Of a stretch of 64,000 nt of DNA, positions 1-10,135 are shown piece after piece (the first letter of the stretch is position 1; every line of letters starts with the position of its first letter). The DNA comes from Burkholderiales bacterium. GTDB taxonomy: Bacteria; Pseudomonadota; Gammaproteobacteria; Burkholderiales; SG8-39. The position numbers and the translations under genes were made by a program. Location: contig JBFWWT010000002.1 in assembly GCA_050246035.1 (NCBI GenBank), positions 38,980 to 102,979 on the forward strand, given 5' to 3'. A model generated the notes under the pieces. The model saw only the letters and a program-made list of their open reading frames with translations, had not been told where the DNA came from and ran no database searches.

Positions 1-762
1 CGCGAGGAGCTGGCGGCCGAGCTCGGCCGCCGCGAGGGGAACCGGCGCTTCGCCGAGTCCGCCGAGGCCTTCAGCAACATGGTGTACGAGCAGCCCGACA
101 GCCTGAAGCCGGCGGCAGAGCGCTTCGGGCTGAAGCTGCAAACGAGCGACTGGCTGATGCGCACGCCCGCCGCTTCCGCGGGCGTGCTCGGCAATGCCAA
201 GCTCCTCGGCGCGCTCTTCAGCGACGACGCGCTCCAGCACCGCCGCAACACCGACGCCATCGAAGTGGCGCCCGGCGTCCTGGTGTCCGCGCGCGTGATC
301 GAGCACCAGCCGGAGACCCAGCGCAAGCTCGAGGAGGTGCGCGCCGAGATCGGGCGCATGCTGCGCGCGCGCGAGGCCGCGCGCCTCGCGCAGGAGTCGG
401 GCACCGCGAAGCTTGCCGAGCTGCGCAAGGGCGGCGAGGCGGGCCTGCAATGGGGCGCCGCGAAGATCGTCTCGCGGCGCAGCGCGCAGGGTATCCCCGC
501 CGGGGCGCTTCGCCGGATCATGAGCGCGGATGCGCGCAAGCTGCCGGCCTACGCCGGCGCCGAGCGCGGCGCGCAAGGCTACATGCTCTATCGCGTGACG
601 AAGGTCCTGGAGCCGGAGGCGCGCCCCGACGAGGAGCGCTCGGCCGAGCGGCAGCGCATCGCCCAGGCCGCGGGCGCGCGGCAGCTCGAGGCGTACGTGG
701 CGAGCCTGCGCGAGCGCGCGGACGTCGAGATCCGCGCCGCCAACCTGGAAAAGAACCCGTAG
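1..762 (+). CDS. ppiD: Periplasmic chaperone/peptidyl-prolyl isomerase PpiD, C-terminal part (5' end outside the window)
   Basis: Frame 1 is open from base 1 (REELAAELGRREGNRRFAESAEAFSNMVYEQPDSLKPAAERFGLKLQTS...). This matches the conserved C-terminal chaperone region of PpiD. Stop at 760-762. Confidence 0.8.
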   Translation, partial: REELAAELGRREGNRRFAESAEAFSNMVYEQPDSLKPAAERFGLKLQTSDWLMRTPAASAGVLGNAKLLGALFSDDALQHRRNTDAIEVAPGVLVSARVIEHQPETQRKLEEVRAEIGRMLRAREAARLAQESGTAKLAELRKGGEAGLQWGAAKIVSRRSAQGIPAGALRRIMSADARKLPAYAGAERGAQGYMLYRVTKVLEPEARPDEERSAERQRIAQAAGARQLEAYVASLRERADVEIRAANLEKNP

Positions 763-827
763 CCGCGCAGGTTAGAATCCGCCGCGGGTCGAGGGAGGCG
801 CATGCGGCAGGCGAGCCATGGCGGGGC

Positions 828-1646
828 ATGAAGCGGACGCTGGCGATCGTTCTGTCGCTCGCCGCGGCGCCGGCCGTCGCCGCCGACCTGCCGCTGTGGG
901 AGGCGGGCGCGGGGGTCGCGGTGCTCGCGCTGCCGGACTACCGGGGGGCGGACGAGGGGCGCGGCTACGTCCTGCCGCTGCCGTACTTCGTCTATCGGGG
1001 CGAGTTCCTCAAGGCCGACCGGCATGGCGTCCGCGGGCTCCTTTTCGACAGCGAGCGCGCGGAGCTCGACGTGAGTTTCTTCGCCTCGCTGCCGGTGAAC
1101 AGCTCGGACAACGCTGCGCGGGCGGGCATGCCGGACCTCGAGCCCTCGGTCGAGGCGGGACCGCTGCTCAAGCTGCGGCTCTGGGAGAGCACGGGCGGGG
1201 TGCGCCTCGATCTGCGCGCGCCGCTACGCGCGGCGTTCACCGTGGAGTCGTCGCCGCGCGCCATCGGCTGGGTGGCCACGCCGCACCTCAATCTCGACCT
1301 GCCCGGGCGCGGGGCGCTCGCCGGCTGGAGCTTCGGCCTGCTTGCCGGCCCGGTGTACGGCGACCGGCGGCAGCACGCGTACTACTACAGCGTGGCGCCG
1401 CAGTTCGCCACGGCCGCACGCCCGGCCTTCGCCGCGCGCGGGGGCTATGGCGGCTTCCAGTTCCTCGCCTCCGCGAGCCGGCGCTTCGCGCGCACCTGGG
1501 TGGGTGCCTTCGTGCGCGCCGACACCCTGCGCGGCGCCGTGTTCGACGCGAGCCCGCTCGTGAAGCGCGACAGCTACTTTGCCGCGGGAATCGGGATTTC
1601 CTGGGTGTTCGACGTCTCCAGCCGGCGCGTGGAGGCCGAGGAGTGA
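828..1646 (+). CDS. MipA/OmpV family outer-membrane protein
   Basis: Start chosen at MKRTLAIVLSLAAAPAVAADLPLWEAG (signal peptide) inside ORF 450..1646. Beta-barrel-like sequence (YRGEFLKADRHGVRG, GGYGGFQF, ends ...GISWVF) typical of the MipA family. Confidence 0.8.
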   Translation: MKRTLAIVLSLAAAPAVAADLPLWEAGAGVAVLALPDYRGADEGRGYVLPLPYFVYRGEFLKADRHGVRGLLFDSERAELDVSFFASLPVNSSDNAARAGMPDLEPSVEAGPLLKLRLWESTGGVRLDLRAPLRAAFTVESSPRAIGWVATPHLNLDLPGRGALAGWSFGLLAGPVYGDRRQHAYYYSVAPQFATAARPAFAARGGYGGFQFLASASRRFARTWVGAFVRADTLRGAVFDASPLVKRDSYFAAGIGISWVFDVSSRRVEAEE

Positions 1647-1653
1647 GCCCGCC

Positions 1654-2442
1654 ATGATCAACCGCGGCCTGCGCGCTCTGTGGGCCCACGCCGCCCTGTG
1701 GTACGGCCTCGCGCTCCTTGGCATCGGCGGGATCGCCTGGAGCCTGGTTGCCCTTCCGCTGTCGGTGCTGCTGCCGCGCGGCGCCGGGCGGCGCCTGGGC
1801 CGTGGCATGATCGCGGGCGGCTTCCGCTTCTATCTGCGGGCCCTCGAGGCGGTCGGCGCCTGCCGTTTCGACCTGCGGGCGCTCGACGCATTGCGCGGGG
1901 CCGGGCCGCTCGTTCTCGCGCCCAACCATCCTTCGCTCATCGACGCGGTGCTGCTCCTTTCGCGCCTCGATAACGCCGCCTGCGTCCTGAAGGCGCCGCT
2001 GCGCCACAGCATCGTGTTCGGCGGCGGCGCACGCCTCGCGGGCTACATTTGCAACGATGCGCCCATGGAAATGGTGCGCGCCTCGGTGGCGGAGCTGCGC
2101 GGCGGCGGGCAGCTGCTGCTGTTCCCGGAAGGCACGCGCACCACGCGCGCGCCGGTGAACGCGTTTCGCGGCGCGATCTCGCTCATCGCGCGCCAGGCGC
2201 GGGTCCCCGTGCAGACAGTGTTCATCGAGACCGACAGCGCCTTCCTCGGCAAGGGCTGGCCGCTCCTGCGCCGCCCCGAGCTGCCGCTGCGCTACCGCGT
2301 GCGCCTCGGCCGGCGCTTCGACCCGCCGGGCGACCTGCACGCGTTCATGCGCGAGCTCGAGCAATACTGCGCGCGCGAGCTCACCGCGCGCGCGGAGCCG
2401 GACCTCGCCCTGCCGGCCGTCGTGGAGTCGCGGCCGGCGTGA
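1654..2442 (+). CDS. Lysophospholipid (PlsC-type) acyltransferase, membrane-anchored
   Basis: Start at MINRGLRAL within ORF 1579..2442. Has the HX4D acyltransferase motif (NHPSLID) and the FPEGTR motif. N-terminal TM segment. Lies 8 nt after the mipA-like stop. Confidence 0.8.
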   Translation: MINRGLRALWAHAALWYGLALLGIGGIAWSLVALPLSVLLPRGAGRRLGRGMIAGGFRFYLRALEAVGACRFDLRALDALRGAGPLVLAPNHPSLIDAVLLLSRLDNAACVLKAPLRHSIVFGGGARLAGYICNDAPMEMVRASVAELRGGGQLLLFPEGTRTTRAPVNAFRGAISLIARQARVPVQTVFIETDSAFLGKGWPLLRRPELPLRYRVRLGRRFDPPGDLHAFMRELEQYCARELTARAEPDLALPAVVESRPA

Positions 2443-3212
2443 ACGCGGGCGCGGCCTCGCGCTCGCACCTGGTCGTCGTGCCGAGCTACAACCCCGGTGC
2501 GCAGGTCTACGACACCGTGCGCGCGGCGCGCGCGCGCTGGTCGCCCGTCTGGGTGGTGGTGGACGGCAGCACCGACGGCACGCGCGAGGGCCTGGAGCGC
2601 TTGGCGAGCGGCGACCCCGGTCTGCGCGTGCTCGCGCTGCCCGAGAACGGGGGCAAGGGCGCGGCGGTGCTGCATGCGCTCGAGCGCGCCGCGGCGGAAG
2701 GGTTCAGCCACGCGCTCGTCATGGACGCCGATGGACAGCACCCGCCGGACTCGATCCCCGAGTTCATGGCCGCCTCGAGGCGCGCGCCCGAGGCGATGGT
2801 CCTCGGCGTGCCGCGATTCGACGCTAGCGCGCCGCCGCTTCGCGTGCGCGGACGGCGCGTCTCCAACTGGTGGGCGAACCTCGAGACGCTCGGCGTCGGC
2901 ATCCGCGACTCGCTGTTCGGCTTTCGCGTCTACCCCATCGAGCCGCTGCTCGCCGTGATGCGCGCGAGCCGCTGGATGCGCCGCTTCGACTTCGACCCCG
3001 AGGCCGCCGTGCGCCTCGCCTGGCGCGGCGTGCCGCCGCTCAACCTCGACGCGCCGGTGCGCTACCTCAGGCCCGAGGAGGGCGGGGTGTCGCACTTTCG
3101 CTACGGGCGCGACAACGCGCTCCTCACCTGGATGCACTTTCGCCTGATGCTGGGCTTCCTTGCGCGGCTTCCGCTGCTTCTCGCGCGGCGTCTCAGACCA
3201 TCCCGCCGTTGA
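2439..3212 (+). CDS. Family 2 glycosyltransferase
   Basis: GTG start at 2439 forms a GTGA overlap with the upstream stop. GT2 signatures: LVVVPSYNP, VVVDGSTDGT, MDADGQH (DxD). C-terminal TM helix. Confidence 0.8.
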   Translation: MNAGAASRSHLVVVPSYNPGAQVYDTVRAARARWSPVWVVVDGSTDGTREGLERLASGDPGLRVLALPENGGKGAAVLHALERAAAEGFSHALVMDADGQHPPDSIPEFMAASRRAPEAMVLGVPRFDASAPPLRVRGRRVSNWWANLETLGVGIRDSLFGFRVYPIEPLLAVMRASRWMRRFDFDPEAAVRLAWRGVPPLNLDAPVRYLRPEEGGVSHFRYGRDNALLTWMHFRLMLGFLARLPLLLARRLRPSRR

Positions 3213-3915
3213 TCGACACGGTCTGCCCGGTGATGTAGCCGGCGCGCTCGGAGGCGAGGAACGCGACCAGCGCGGCGACCTCCTCCGGCGTGCCGGCGCG
3301 CCCGAGCGGCACGAGCTCGCGCAGGCGCGCCTCGGGAAAGCCCTCGCTCATCGGCGTGGCGATGAGGCCCGGCGCCACCGCGTTCACCGTGATGCCGCGC
3401 TTGCCGAGCTCGAGGGCGAGGGCGCGCGTCGCCGAGACCAGCGCCCCCTTCGCCGCGGCGTAGTTCACCTGCCCGCGGTTGCCGGCGATGGCGCTCACCG
3501 AGGCCATGTTGACGATGCGCCCCCAGCGCGTGCGGATCATGGGCATGACGAGCGGCTGCGTCACATTGAAGAAGCCCTCGAGCGAAACGTCGAGGACGCG
3601 GCGCCACTGCGCGGGGCTCATGCCGGGGAACGGCGCATCGTCGTGGATTCCGGCGTTGTTCACCAGGACCTGCACCGGCCCGCGCTCGAGGAGCGCCTCC
3701 AGCGCAGCGAGCGAGGCGGCCGCGTCCGCGACATCGAAGGCGATCGCCTCGGCGCTGCCGCCGGCTGCGGCGATTTCGCCCGCGAGCGACTGCGCGCCCT
3801 CGACGTTGCGGTGCGCGTGCACGATCACGTGGCAGCCGTCCGCGGCGAGGCGCCGGCAGATCGCGGCGCCGATCCCGCCGCTCCCGCCCGTGACGAGGGC
3901 GCGTCGCGCGCTCAT
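3193..3915 (-). CDS. 3-oxoacyl-ACP reductase (SDR, FabG-like ketoreductase of the cluster)
   Basis: Start at MSARRALVTGGSGGIG (TGxxxGxG). NNAG and YAAAK (YxxxK) motifs present. Its 3' end overlaps the convergent GT2 gene by 20 nt. Confidence 0.9.
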   Translation of the reverse strand: MSARRALVTGGSGGIGAAICRRLAADGCHVIVHAHRNVEGAQSLAGEIAAAGGSAEAIAFDVADAAASLAALEALLERGPVQVLVNNAGIHDDAPFPGMSPAQWRRVLDVSLEGFFNVTQPLVMPMIRTRWGRIVNMASVSAIAGNRGQVNYAAAKGALVSATRALALELGKRGITVNAVAPGLIATPMSEGFPEARLRELVPLGRAGTPEEVAALVAFLASERAGYITGQTVSINGGMV

Positions 3916-4349
3916 GCGCGCCCGGCGTCGAGCACCACGGCCGCGCGCCCGCTCACGAGCTCGCGCGCGTCCGCCGCGACGCTGAAGGCATAGAGGATGT
4001 GGTCGTCCTCGCCGCTCAGGCGCTCCGCCGTGATCGTAAGCGGCGCCTCGATGTCGTCGAGCCGCGCCGCGTGCAGGGTCACGCCGCGCACGCTCGCCAG
4101 CACGCCGCGCCCGAGCGGCGCGCCGTCCGCGGCGAGCAGCGCGCCGTGCACCGCCATGGCCTGCGCGCCGTACTCGATGCCGCAGGCGGCGGGAAGGCTC
4201 GCCCCCACGCGCATCGGGTTCGCCGGGTCGCGATGGCTGCTCGCGCGGCAGACGATGCGCCGCGCGTCCCATTCGAGCACGTCGTCCAGCAGGCACATGG
4301 CGCCGCGGTGCGGGATGTGCGCCTCGATCCAGTCGCGCCCGATCTTCAT
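3912..4349 (-). CDS. Hotdog-fold 3-hydroxyacyl-ACP dehydratase-like protein
   Basis: 145 aa (MKIGRDWIEAHIPHRGAMCLLD...), resembling the larger dehydratase of aryl-polyene-type clusters. ATGA overlaps with both neighbours. Confidence 0.7.
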   Translation of the reverse strand: MKIGRDWIEAHIPHRGAMCLLDDVLEWDARRIVCRASSHRDPANPMRVGASLPAACGIEYGAQAMAVHGALLAADGAPLGRGVLASVRGVTLHAARLDDIEAPLTITAERLSGEDDHILYAFSVAADARELVSGRAAVVLDAGRA

Positions 4350-5119
4350 GGCGCGGCCGTCACGGCGAGGCTCAGCCCGTCGAGGTACTCCAGGATCGCG
4401 GTGCCCGACTCGCGGCGCGCGAGGAGGGCGAGCAGGGGCAGGCAGCGCGCGGTGGGGATCGCCGCCCGCATCGCCTCGAGCGGGGGATCTGCCAGGGGCC
4501 GGGGCGGTTCGGCGGACAGCGCCACGGCGAGGTTCCCGAGGCTGTGCACGCCGCGCGAAGGGGCGAGCACGAGGCCGGCGCCGAAGGCGTCAGGGACCGG
4601 GCGCTTCGCGCGCAGCGGCTCGGGATAGGTCGCGTCGTAGGCGATGAGCAGCACCGGCTCGCGCCGCTCGCGCACCAGCGCGCAGGCTTCCAGCAGCCCC
4701 GCGGCGAAGCTGCCGTCGTAGGCGCACAGGCTGGTCGACGGATGCATGTCGCGCGTGGCGATGCTCCAGTAGCCCGCGGGCGCGTTGTGCACGGAGTTGT
4801 GGAAGCGCGTCGGCGAGATCAGCCGGTCCTCGCCCGCGAGCTGCTCGCAGATCGCGTGGCAGTTGTCGCCGTCGGCGGTGGAGGAGGCGAAAACCGTCGC
4901 GATGCCGCCCGCCGGTGGCGCGCCCACGGCGAGCGCGACGCGCACCGCCTGGCCGCTGCGGCGGCGCTCGTTCGCCGGCAGCAGCGCGGGCGGCGGTACC
5001 TGCGTCGGCGCGGGCTCGTAGGGCCGCTCGCCCGCGAGGACGGCGCGCGCCGTCTCCCAGTCCGGCAGCCCCGGCCCGAGCAGCGCGACCGACTCGAGGC
5101 TCGCTTCGAGCCGGCTCAT
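4346..5119 (-). CDS. Short beta-ketoacyl synthase-like protein (chain-length-factor-like KS partner)
   Basis: Start at MSRLEASLESVALLGPG within ORF 4346..5827. 257 aa, KS-related but much shorter than a catalytic KS. ATGA-coupled to the KS gene upstream. Confidence 0.65.
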   Translation of the reverse strand: MSRLEASLESVALLGPGLPDWETARAVLAGERPYEPAPTQVPPPALLPANERRRSGQAVRVALAVGAPPAGGIATVFASSTADGDNCHAICEQLAGEDRLISPTRFHNSVHNAPAGYWSIATRDMHPSTSLCAYDGSFAAGLLEACALVRERREPVLLIAYDATYPEPLRAKRPVPDAFGAGLVLAPSRGVHSLGNLAVALSAEPPRPLADPPLEAMRAAIPTARCLPLLALLARRESGTAILEYLDGLSLAVTAAP

Positions 5120-6291
5120 GCGCGCCCCAGCACGAGGCTGCAGTTGGTGCCGCCGAAGCCGAAGGAATTTGAGAGCGTGCGGCGCAGCGGCGCGTCGCGG
5201 CTGGCGCGCTCGTAGCGCGCGTGCAGGGCGGGATCGAGCTCGCGCGTCCCTGCGCCGCCGGGGATGAAGCCGTGGCGCAGCGCGAGCGCGCAGATCGCCG
5301 CCTCCAGCGCGCCGGCCGCGCCCAGCGTGTGGCCGGTGGCGCCCTTGGTCGAGCTGCACGGCAGTTCCCGGCCGAGGAGCTCGGTCACCGCGAGGTCCTC
5401 GGCGGCGTCGTTGCTCGGCGTCGCCGTGCCATGCAGGTTCACGTAATCGAGGTCCGCCGGCTCGAGCTGCGCCGCCGCGAGCGCCGCCTGCATGGCGAGG
5501 CGCGCGCCGAGCCCCTGCGGGTGCGGCGCGGACATGTGGTGCGCGTCGCTGGATTCGCCGACGCCAAGAAGCGCCACGTCGGCCTCCCGGCGCTCGAGGA
5601 GCGCGAAGGCCGCTGCTTCGCCGAGCGACAGGCCGTTGCGCGCCTTGTCGTAGGGCCGGCAGGCATCGGGCGAGAGCAGCTCGAGCGAGTGGAAGCCGTA
5701 CAGCGTCGTCAGGCACAGGCTGTCCACGCCGCCCACCACCGCCGCGTCGATCAGGCCGGCGCCGATCATGCGCGCGGCGGTGCCGAACACCTTGGCGCTC
5801 GAGGAGCAGGCCGTGGACACGGTCCACGCCGGTCCCGCGAGCGCGAGGCGCGCGCGCACGTAGCCCGAGACCGCGTATGTGTTGTGCGTGCGCGCGTAAT
5901 CGAAGTCCGCGGGCAGCGCGCCCGTGGCAGGATCGCGACGCCGGTAGGCGAGCTCGGTCTGCAGGATGCCCGAGGTGCTCGTGCCGAGGAATACGCCGAT
6001 GCGCGCGGCGCCGAGGCGCTCGCGCGCGCCGAGCACCGCCTCGAGGAAGCCGTCCTGCGCGAGGCCGAGCTCGGCGAGCCGGTTGTTGCGGCAGTCCCAG
6101 GCGACGAGCGTCGCCGGCAGGCGCGCCTCGTCCACGCCCTGCACCTCCCCGATGCAGGTGTCGAGCGCCGCCGTCTCGAATTGCCGCCGCGCCAGGCCGC
6201 TCGCGCCGTCGCGCAGCGCCGCGCGCGTCGCGTCGAGCCCGCGGCCGAGGCAGCTCGTGGCGGTGAAGTGGGTGAGGAACAGGGGCGGCAT
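5116..6291 (-). CDS. Beta-ketoacyl-ACP synthase (FabB/FabF-type)
   Basis: 391 aa. Active-site context TVSTACSSS, with His motifs NLHGTATP and ATGHTLGAAG. Ends ...FGFGGTNCSLVLGRA. Confidence 0.9.
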   Translation of the reverse strand: MPPLFLTHFTATSCLGRGLDATRAALRDGASGLARRQFETAALDTCIGEVQGVDEARLPATLVAWDCRNNRLAELGLAQDGFLEAVLGARERLGAARIGVFLGTSTSGILQTELAYRRRDPATGALPADFDYARTHNTYAVSGYVRARLALAGPAWTVSTACSSSAKVFGTAARMIGAGLIDAAVVGGVDSLCLTTLYGFHSLELLSPDACRPYDKARNGLSLGEAAAFALLERREADVALLGVGESSDAHHMSAPHPQGLGARLAMQAALAAAQLEPADLDYVNLHGTATPSNDAAEDLAVTELLGRELPCSSTKGATGHTLGAAGALEAAICALALRHGFIPGGAGTRELDPALHARYERASRDAPLRRTLSNSFGFGGTNCSLVLGRA

Positions 6292-6295
6292 GGAA

Positions 6296-6973
6296 TCAGG
6301 CGGCGGCCGGCGCGCGGGCGACGAGCAGCACGTTGGCGAACGGGGTGCCGCGGCTCATGGGCTCGGCGCGCACGGCGAACCCGAGCGTCTCCAGCGCCGC
6401 GCGCCATTGTGCCACGCTGCGGCAATGGAACCGGGTCGCGCCGTGACCGCGCACGAAGGCCACCGTCCAGTCCACCCAGTTCGAGAGACGAAAGGCCAGG
6501 CCCGCGTCCGCGTCGCCCACGCGCAGCAGCAGCACGCCGCCCGGCGCGAGCGCCGCGCGCACGCGGCGCAAGATCTCGTCCTGGTCCGCGAGCGGCAGGT
6601 AGTGGAGCACGTCGAGGATCACGACCGCGTCGGACGCGCCGAAGTCCACGCTGCGGATATCGCCCTGCGCGACGCCGCAATCGGGGCCCAGCGCGCGATG
6701 CGCACGCTCGACGTCGCGCGCCATCAGCTCGATGCCGCGATAGGCGGCGAGGCGCGGGGCGCCGGCCGCGCGCAGCAGCGCGGCGAGCAGGCCCTGGCCG
6801 CAGCCCAGGTCGAGCACCCGCGCGCCCTCAGGGACGAGCCGGGCCTCGAGCAGGTGGCGAAACGCCGGGTCGCCGCCCAGCTTGCCGCGCGCGAAGTGCC
6901 AGGCGAAGCGCCCGGCGGCGCGGTACGGCTCGCTCGCCGCCTCGACGAGGCGCCGGTAGGCGGCTGCCTCCAT
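6296..6973 (-). CDS. Class I SAM-dependent methyltransferase
   Basis: Start at MEAAAYRRLVEAAS within ORF 6296..7675. SAM-binding motif VLDLGCGQG. The start overlaps the upstream stop by 1 nt (TGATG). Confidence 0.8.
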   Translation of the reverse strand: MEAAAYRRLVEAASEPYRAAGRFAWHFARGKLGGDPAFRHLLEARLVPEGARVLDLGCGQGLLAALLRAAGAPRLAAYRGIELMARDVERAHRALGPDCGVAQGDIRSVDFGASDAVVILDVLHYLPLADQDEILRRVRAALAPGGVLLLRVGDADAGLAFRLSNWVDWTVAFVRGHGATRFHCRSVAQWRAALETLGFAVRAEPMSRGTPFANVLLVARAPAAA

Positions 6974-7791
6974 CAGCCGAGCGCGGCGCGCAGCGTGACC
7001 GGCTGCAGGCCCGCGCCGGACAGGCGCTGGAGCAGTGCCGGCAGCACCTCCAGCGCGACGGGCGTGCCGGCCGGCGTGCGCGCGGCGTGGCCGTCGTGCA
7101 GCAGCAGGATGTCGCCCGCGGCGAGGTTGCGGGTGAGGCTGTCGAGCACGCCGCGCGCATCGGTGCGCACGGTGTCGTACCCGCGGCGCGTCCAGCTGAC
7201 GAGCTGCAGGCCGAGCCGGGCGAGCGCGGGCTCGAGGAACGGGTTGCGCAATCCCGCGGGCGCGCGGAAGAAGCGCGGCCGCGTGCCGGCGAGGGCGGCG
7301 AGCGTCTCCTGCGCGGCGCCGATCTCCTCGTGGAAGCGCCGCGGGCCGAGTAACGCGAAGTCGTGGCGGTGGCGCCGGGTATGGTTCTCGACCGCGTGCC
7401 CGGCGGCGACGATGTCGCGTACCAGCTGCGGCTGGCGCGCGGCGCGCTCGCCGATGCAGAAGAAGGTCGCGCGCGCGCCTTGGCGCGCGAGCACCTCGAG
7501 CACGCGCGGCGTGACCTCGGGATCGGGCCCGTCGTCGAGCGTGATCGCGACGCGGCCCGCGGCGGCCGCCGCCGGCGGCAGGCGCGTCCAGTTCGGGCCG
7601 AGCAGGCGGCTGCGCGGCAGCAGGCCGCCGGCGGTGATCGCCGCCTGATTCGCGGCGATGGCCCCGAGCGCCCACGGCCAGTACTCGGGTTGCACCGCCG
7701 CGCCCGCGAGCGCGGCGGCGTGCAGCGCCGCGGAGCCGCGCAGGAAGGCGTTCGGGTGCCAGCGGGGAGGCATGCGGGGATTATCCTGCAT
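6973..7791 (-). CDS. Polysaccharide deacetylase (NodB-homology) family protein
   Basis: Start at MQDNPRMPPRW (an alternative ATG at 7773 is possible). NodB motifs ITLDDGPDP, HAVENHTRRH and LLLHD. Confidence 0.8.
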   Translation of the reverse strand: MQDNPRMPPRWHPNAFLRGSAALHAAALAGAAVQPEYWPWALGAIAANQAAITAGGLLPRSRLLGPNWTRLPPAAAAAGRVAITLDDGPDPEVTPRVLEVLARQGARATFFCIGERAARQPQLVRDIVAAGHAVENHTRRHRHDFALLGPRRFHEEIGAAQETLAALAGTRPRFFRAPAGLRNPFLEPALARLGLQLVSWTRRGYDTVRTDARGVLDSLTRNLAAGDILLLHDGHAARTPAGTPVALEVLPALLQRLSGAGLQPVTLRAALG

Positions 7792-10135
7792 CGGCGCGAG
7801 GCGCCGAGAGCAGCGCTGCGAAGGCAAGGGCCAGTGCCGTGCCGAGCGCCACGGTGAGGCCGATCGCGCGCAGCACCGGCACCGCGGCGCTCGCGAGCAC
7901 GCCGAAGCCGAGCACCGTGGTCGCGTTGGCGAGCGCGAGCGAGGCGAGCACCCGGTGTCCCTCGTCGCCGCCGGCAGCCGCGCGCTCGAAGAACAGCGCG
8001 TAGTTCGAGCCCACCGCCACGACGAGGAGGAATCCGACGAGATGCAGCAGCGTGAACGGCTGGCCCGCGAGCGCGAGCAGCGCGGCGGTGACGAGCACCG
8101 ACGCGCCGAGGGGCGCGGCGACGCGCCCGACGCGCGCCGCCGAGCGCAGCGCGAGCATGAGCACCGCGAGCACCGCCGCCACGCCGACCGCGGCGAGCGC
8201 GATCGCCTCGCGCAGGTAGCCGGCGTAGAGCGCGTCGGCCTCCGCCTTGAGGTCGAGGAACTGCGCCCCGCTGCCGAGCAGCGCTTCGCGCACGCGAGCC
8301 GCGTCGATCCGGTGCGCCGCGGGGCCGGCGGCGGGCGCGCGCAGCGGCACGAGCGCCTGCCAGCCCGCTTCCTGGCGCAGCAGGAGCGCGTCGAGCGCCA
8401 TGCCGAGCGCGGTGCCCTCCAGGTCCTCGCGCGAGAGGCGCGCACCCGCCTTCACCTTCGCCACGTCGGCGACGAAGGGCTCCAGGCGCGTTGCGCGCAA
8501 CGGCAAGCCGCGCAGCGCGGCCGGCAGGCGCGCGCGCAGCTCGCGCGGCTCGGGCAGGCTCGCGGCGCGCGCTTCCTGCGTGCGCCGGCTCGGCAGATAG
8601 CGCGCCGGGCTCTCGAAGCCCGCGATCACCCCTTGCGCGAGAAGCGGGCGCAGCGCGGCCTCCACGCGCTCGGCCGCGCGCAGCGCTTCCTCCTCGCTGG
8701 GCGCCTGCACGGCCACGAGGTAGCGCGCATCGGGCGCGCCGAGGTCGGCGCGCAGCTCGCCGTCGAGCGCCTGCGCCTCCGCGCTTACCGTGTTGAGCGC
8801 AGACAGGCTCGACGCCCAGAGCGTGTCGCGCTGGGCGAGCAGCATCACGGCGGACGCGACGCACAGGGCCGCGACGAGCGCGCGCCAGCGCCGCGCGCGG
8901 AGCACGATCCGCCCCAGGCGCTCGCCGAGCGGCGCGAGGTCGCGCACGCGAAAGGCCGCCGGCAGCAGCGCGGGCAGGGCGAAGCGGGTGGCGAGCGCCG
9001 CGGCGGCGAGGCCGCACAGCGAGTACAGCCCGAGCTGGGCGAGCCCGGGGAATCCCGAGGCGAGCAGCGCGGCGAAGCCGATGAGCGAGGTGAGCACGCC
9101 GAGGCGGATCGTGGGCCAGAAGCGCGCCACCCAGGCCTCGCGCGCGCCCGGCGCGGCGCCGGCCTGCACGAAAAGGTAGATGCCGTAGTCCACCGCCTCG
9201 CCGATGAGCGTCGCGCCGAAGCCGAGCGTGATGCCGTGCACGACGTCGAAGCCCACGGCGACGGCGGCCACGCCCACCAGCGCGCCCGTGGCCACGGGCG
9301 CGAGGCCGAGGGCGAGCGCCGCGGCCGAGCGGTAGGCGACGAGGAGCAGCGTGGCGACGAGCAGAACGCCCAGCAGGGCGACGCGCGTCACCTCGCGCTT
9401 GATCAGCGCACGCGACTCGACGGCGAATACGCCGCCGCCCGTGACGTGCAGGCGCGCAACGTCGATCCCGGCGCGATCACGCGCCGCGGCGAACGCCTCG
9501 TGCACCGCGCGCAGCGCCGCCTCCTGGGCGTCGGTATCGGCGCCCGAGGCGGCGGTGCGCGCGAGGAGCAGGGCGCGCGCGCCGTCGCGCGAGGCCCAGA
9601 CGCCCTCGCGCAGGAGCGGCGCGCCGCCCTCGGCGAGCCGCGCGGTGGCGAGCGCAGCGAACTCGCCGGTGGGATCCCGGGAGAGGGTGCTTTGCGCGAG
9701 CGCGCCGGCCGAGGACGCGACCAGCGCCAGCGTATCGCCGATCGCCTCGCGCAAGCCCGGGCGCGTGAAGCGCTCGGGCGCCATCGCGGGGCTGAGCAGG
9801 TAGCGGTGCTCGAAGAGCAGCGCCTGCTCGCGCCGGGTGTCCGCGGCCGCGCCGTTCGCGACGTAGGCGAAGCGCGGGTCGGCGCGCAGGCGCGCCGCCA
9901 TGTCGCGCGCAAGGGCCGCGCGCGCGGCGGCGTCGTCTCCCTCTACGGCGACGAGCATCACGCGGCCCAGAGCCCCCTCGCGCAGCTGGTCGACGAGCAG
10001 CTGCTGCGTCGCGGTGGGGGCGCGCGGCAGAAAGGCGGAGAGGTCCGCCGTGTAGCGCGCGTTCGCGGCGAGCAGCGCCGCCACGGCGAGCGCGCCGAGC
10101 CAGCCGGCGAGGGCCGCGAGGCGGCGGGGCGTCAT
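7781..10135 (-). CDS. MMPL/RND-superfamily membrane exporter
   Basis: 784 aa with two blocks of multiple TM helices separated by large soluble loops. N-terminus MTPRRLAALAGWLGALAVAALL. Matches the exporter found in aryl-polyene-type clusters. Confidence 0.85.
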   Translation of the reverse strand: MTPRRLAALAGWLGALAVAALLAANARYTADLSAFLPRAPTATQQLLVDQLREGALGRVMLVAVEGDDAAARAALARDMAARLRADPRFAYVANGAAADTRREQALLFEHRYLLSPAMAPERFTRPGLREAIGDTLALVASSAGALAQSTLSRDPTGEFAALATARLAEGGAPLLREGVWASRDGARALLLARTAASGADTDAQEAALRAVHEAFAAARDRAGIDVARLHVTGGGVFAVESRALIKREVTRVALLGVLLVATLLLVAYRSAAALALGLAPVATGALVGVAAVAVGFDVVHGITLGFGATLIGEAVDYGIYLFVQAGAAPGAREAWVARFWPTIRLGVLTSLIGFAALLASGFPGLAQLGLYSLCGLAAAALATRFALPALLPAAFRVRDLAPLGERLGRIVLRARRWRALVAALCVASAVMLLAQRDTLWASSLSALNTVSAEAQALDGELRADLGAPDARYLVAVQAPSEEEALRAAERVEAALRPLLAQGVIAGFESPARYLPSRRTQEARAASLPEPRELRARLPAALRGLPLRATRLEPFVADVAKVKAGARLSREDLEGTALGMALDALLLRQEAGWQALVPLRAPAAGPAAHRIDAARVREALLGSGAQFLDLKAEADALYAGYLREAIALAAVGVAAVLAVLMLALRSAARVGRVAAPLGASVLVTAALLALAGQPFTLLHLVGFLLVVAVGSNYALFFERAAAGGDEGHRVLASLALANATTVLGFGVLASAAVPVLRAIGLTVALGTALALAFAALLSAPRADAG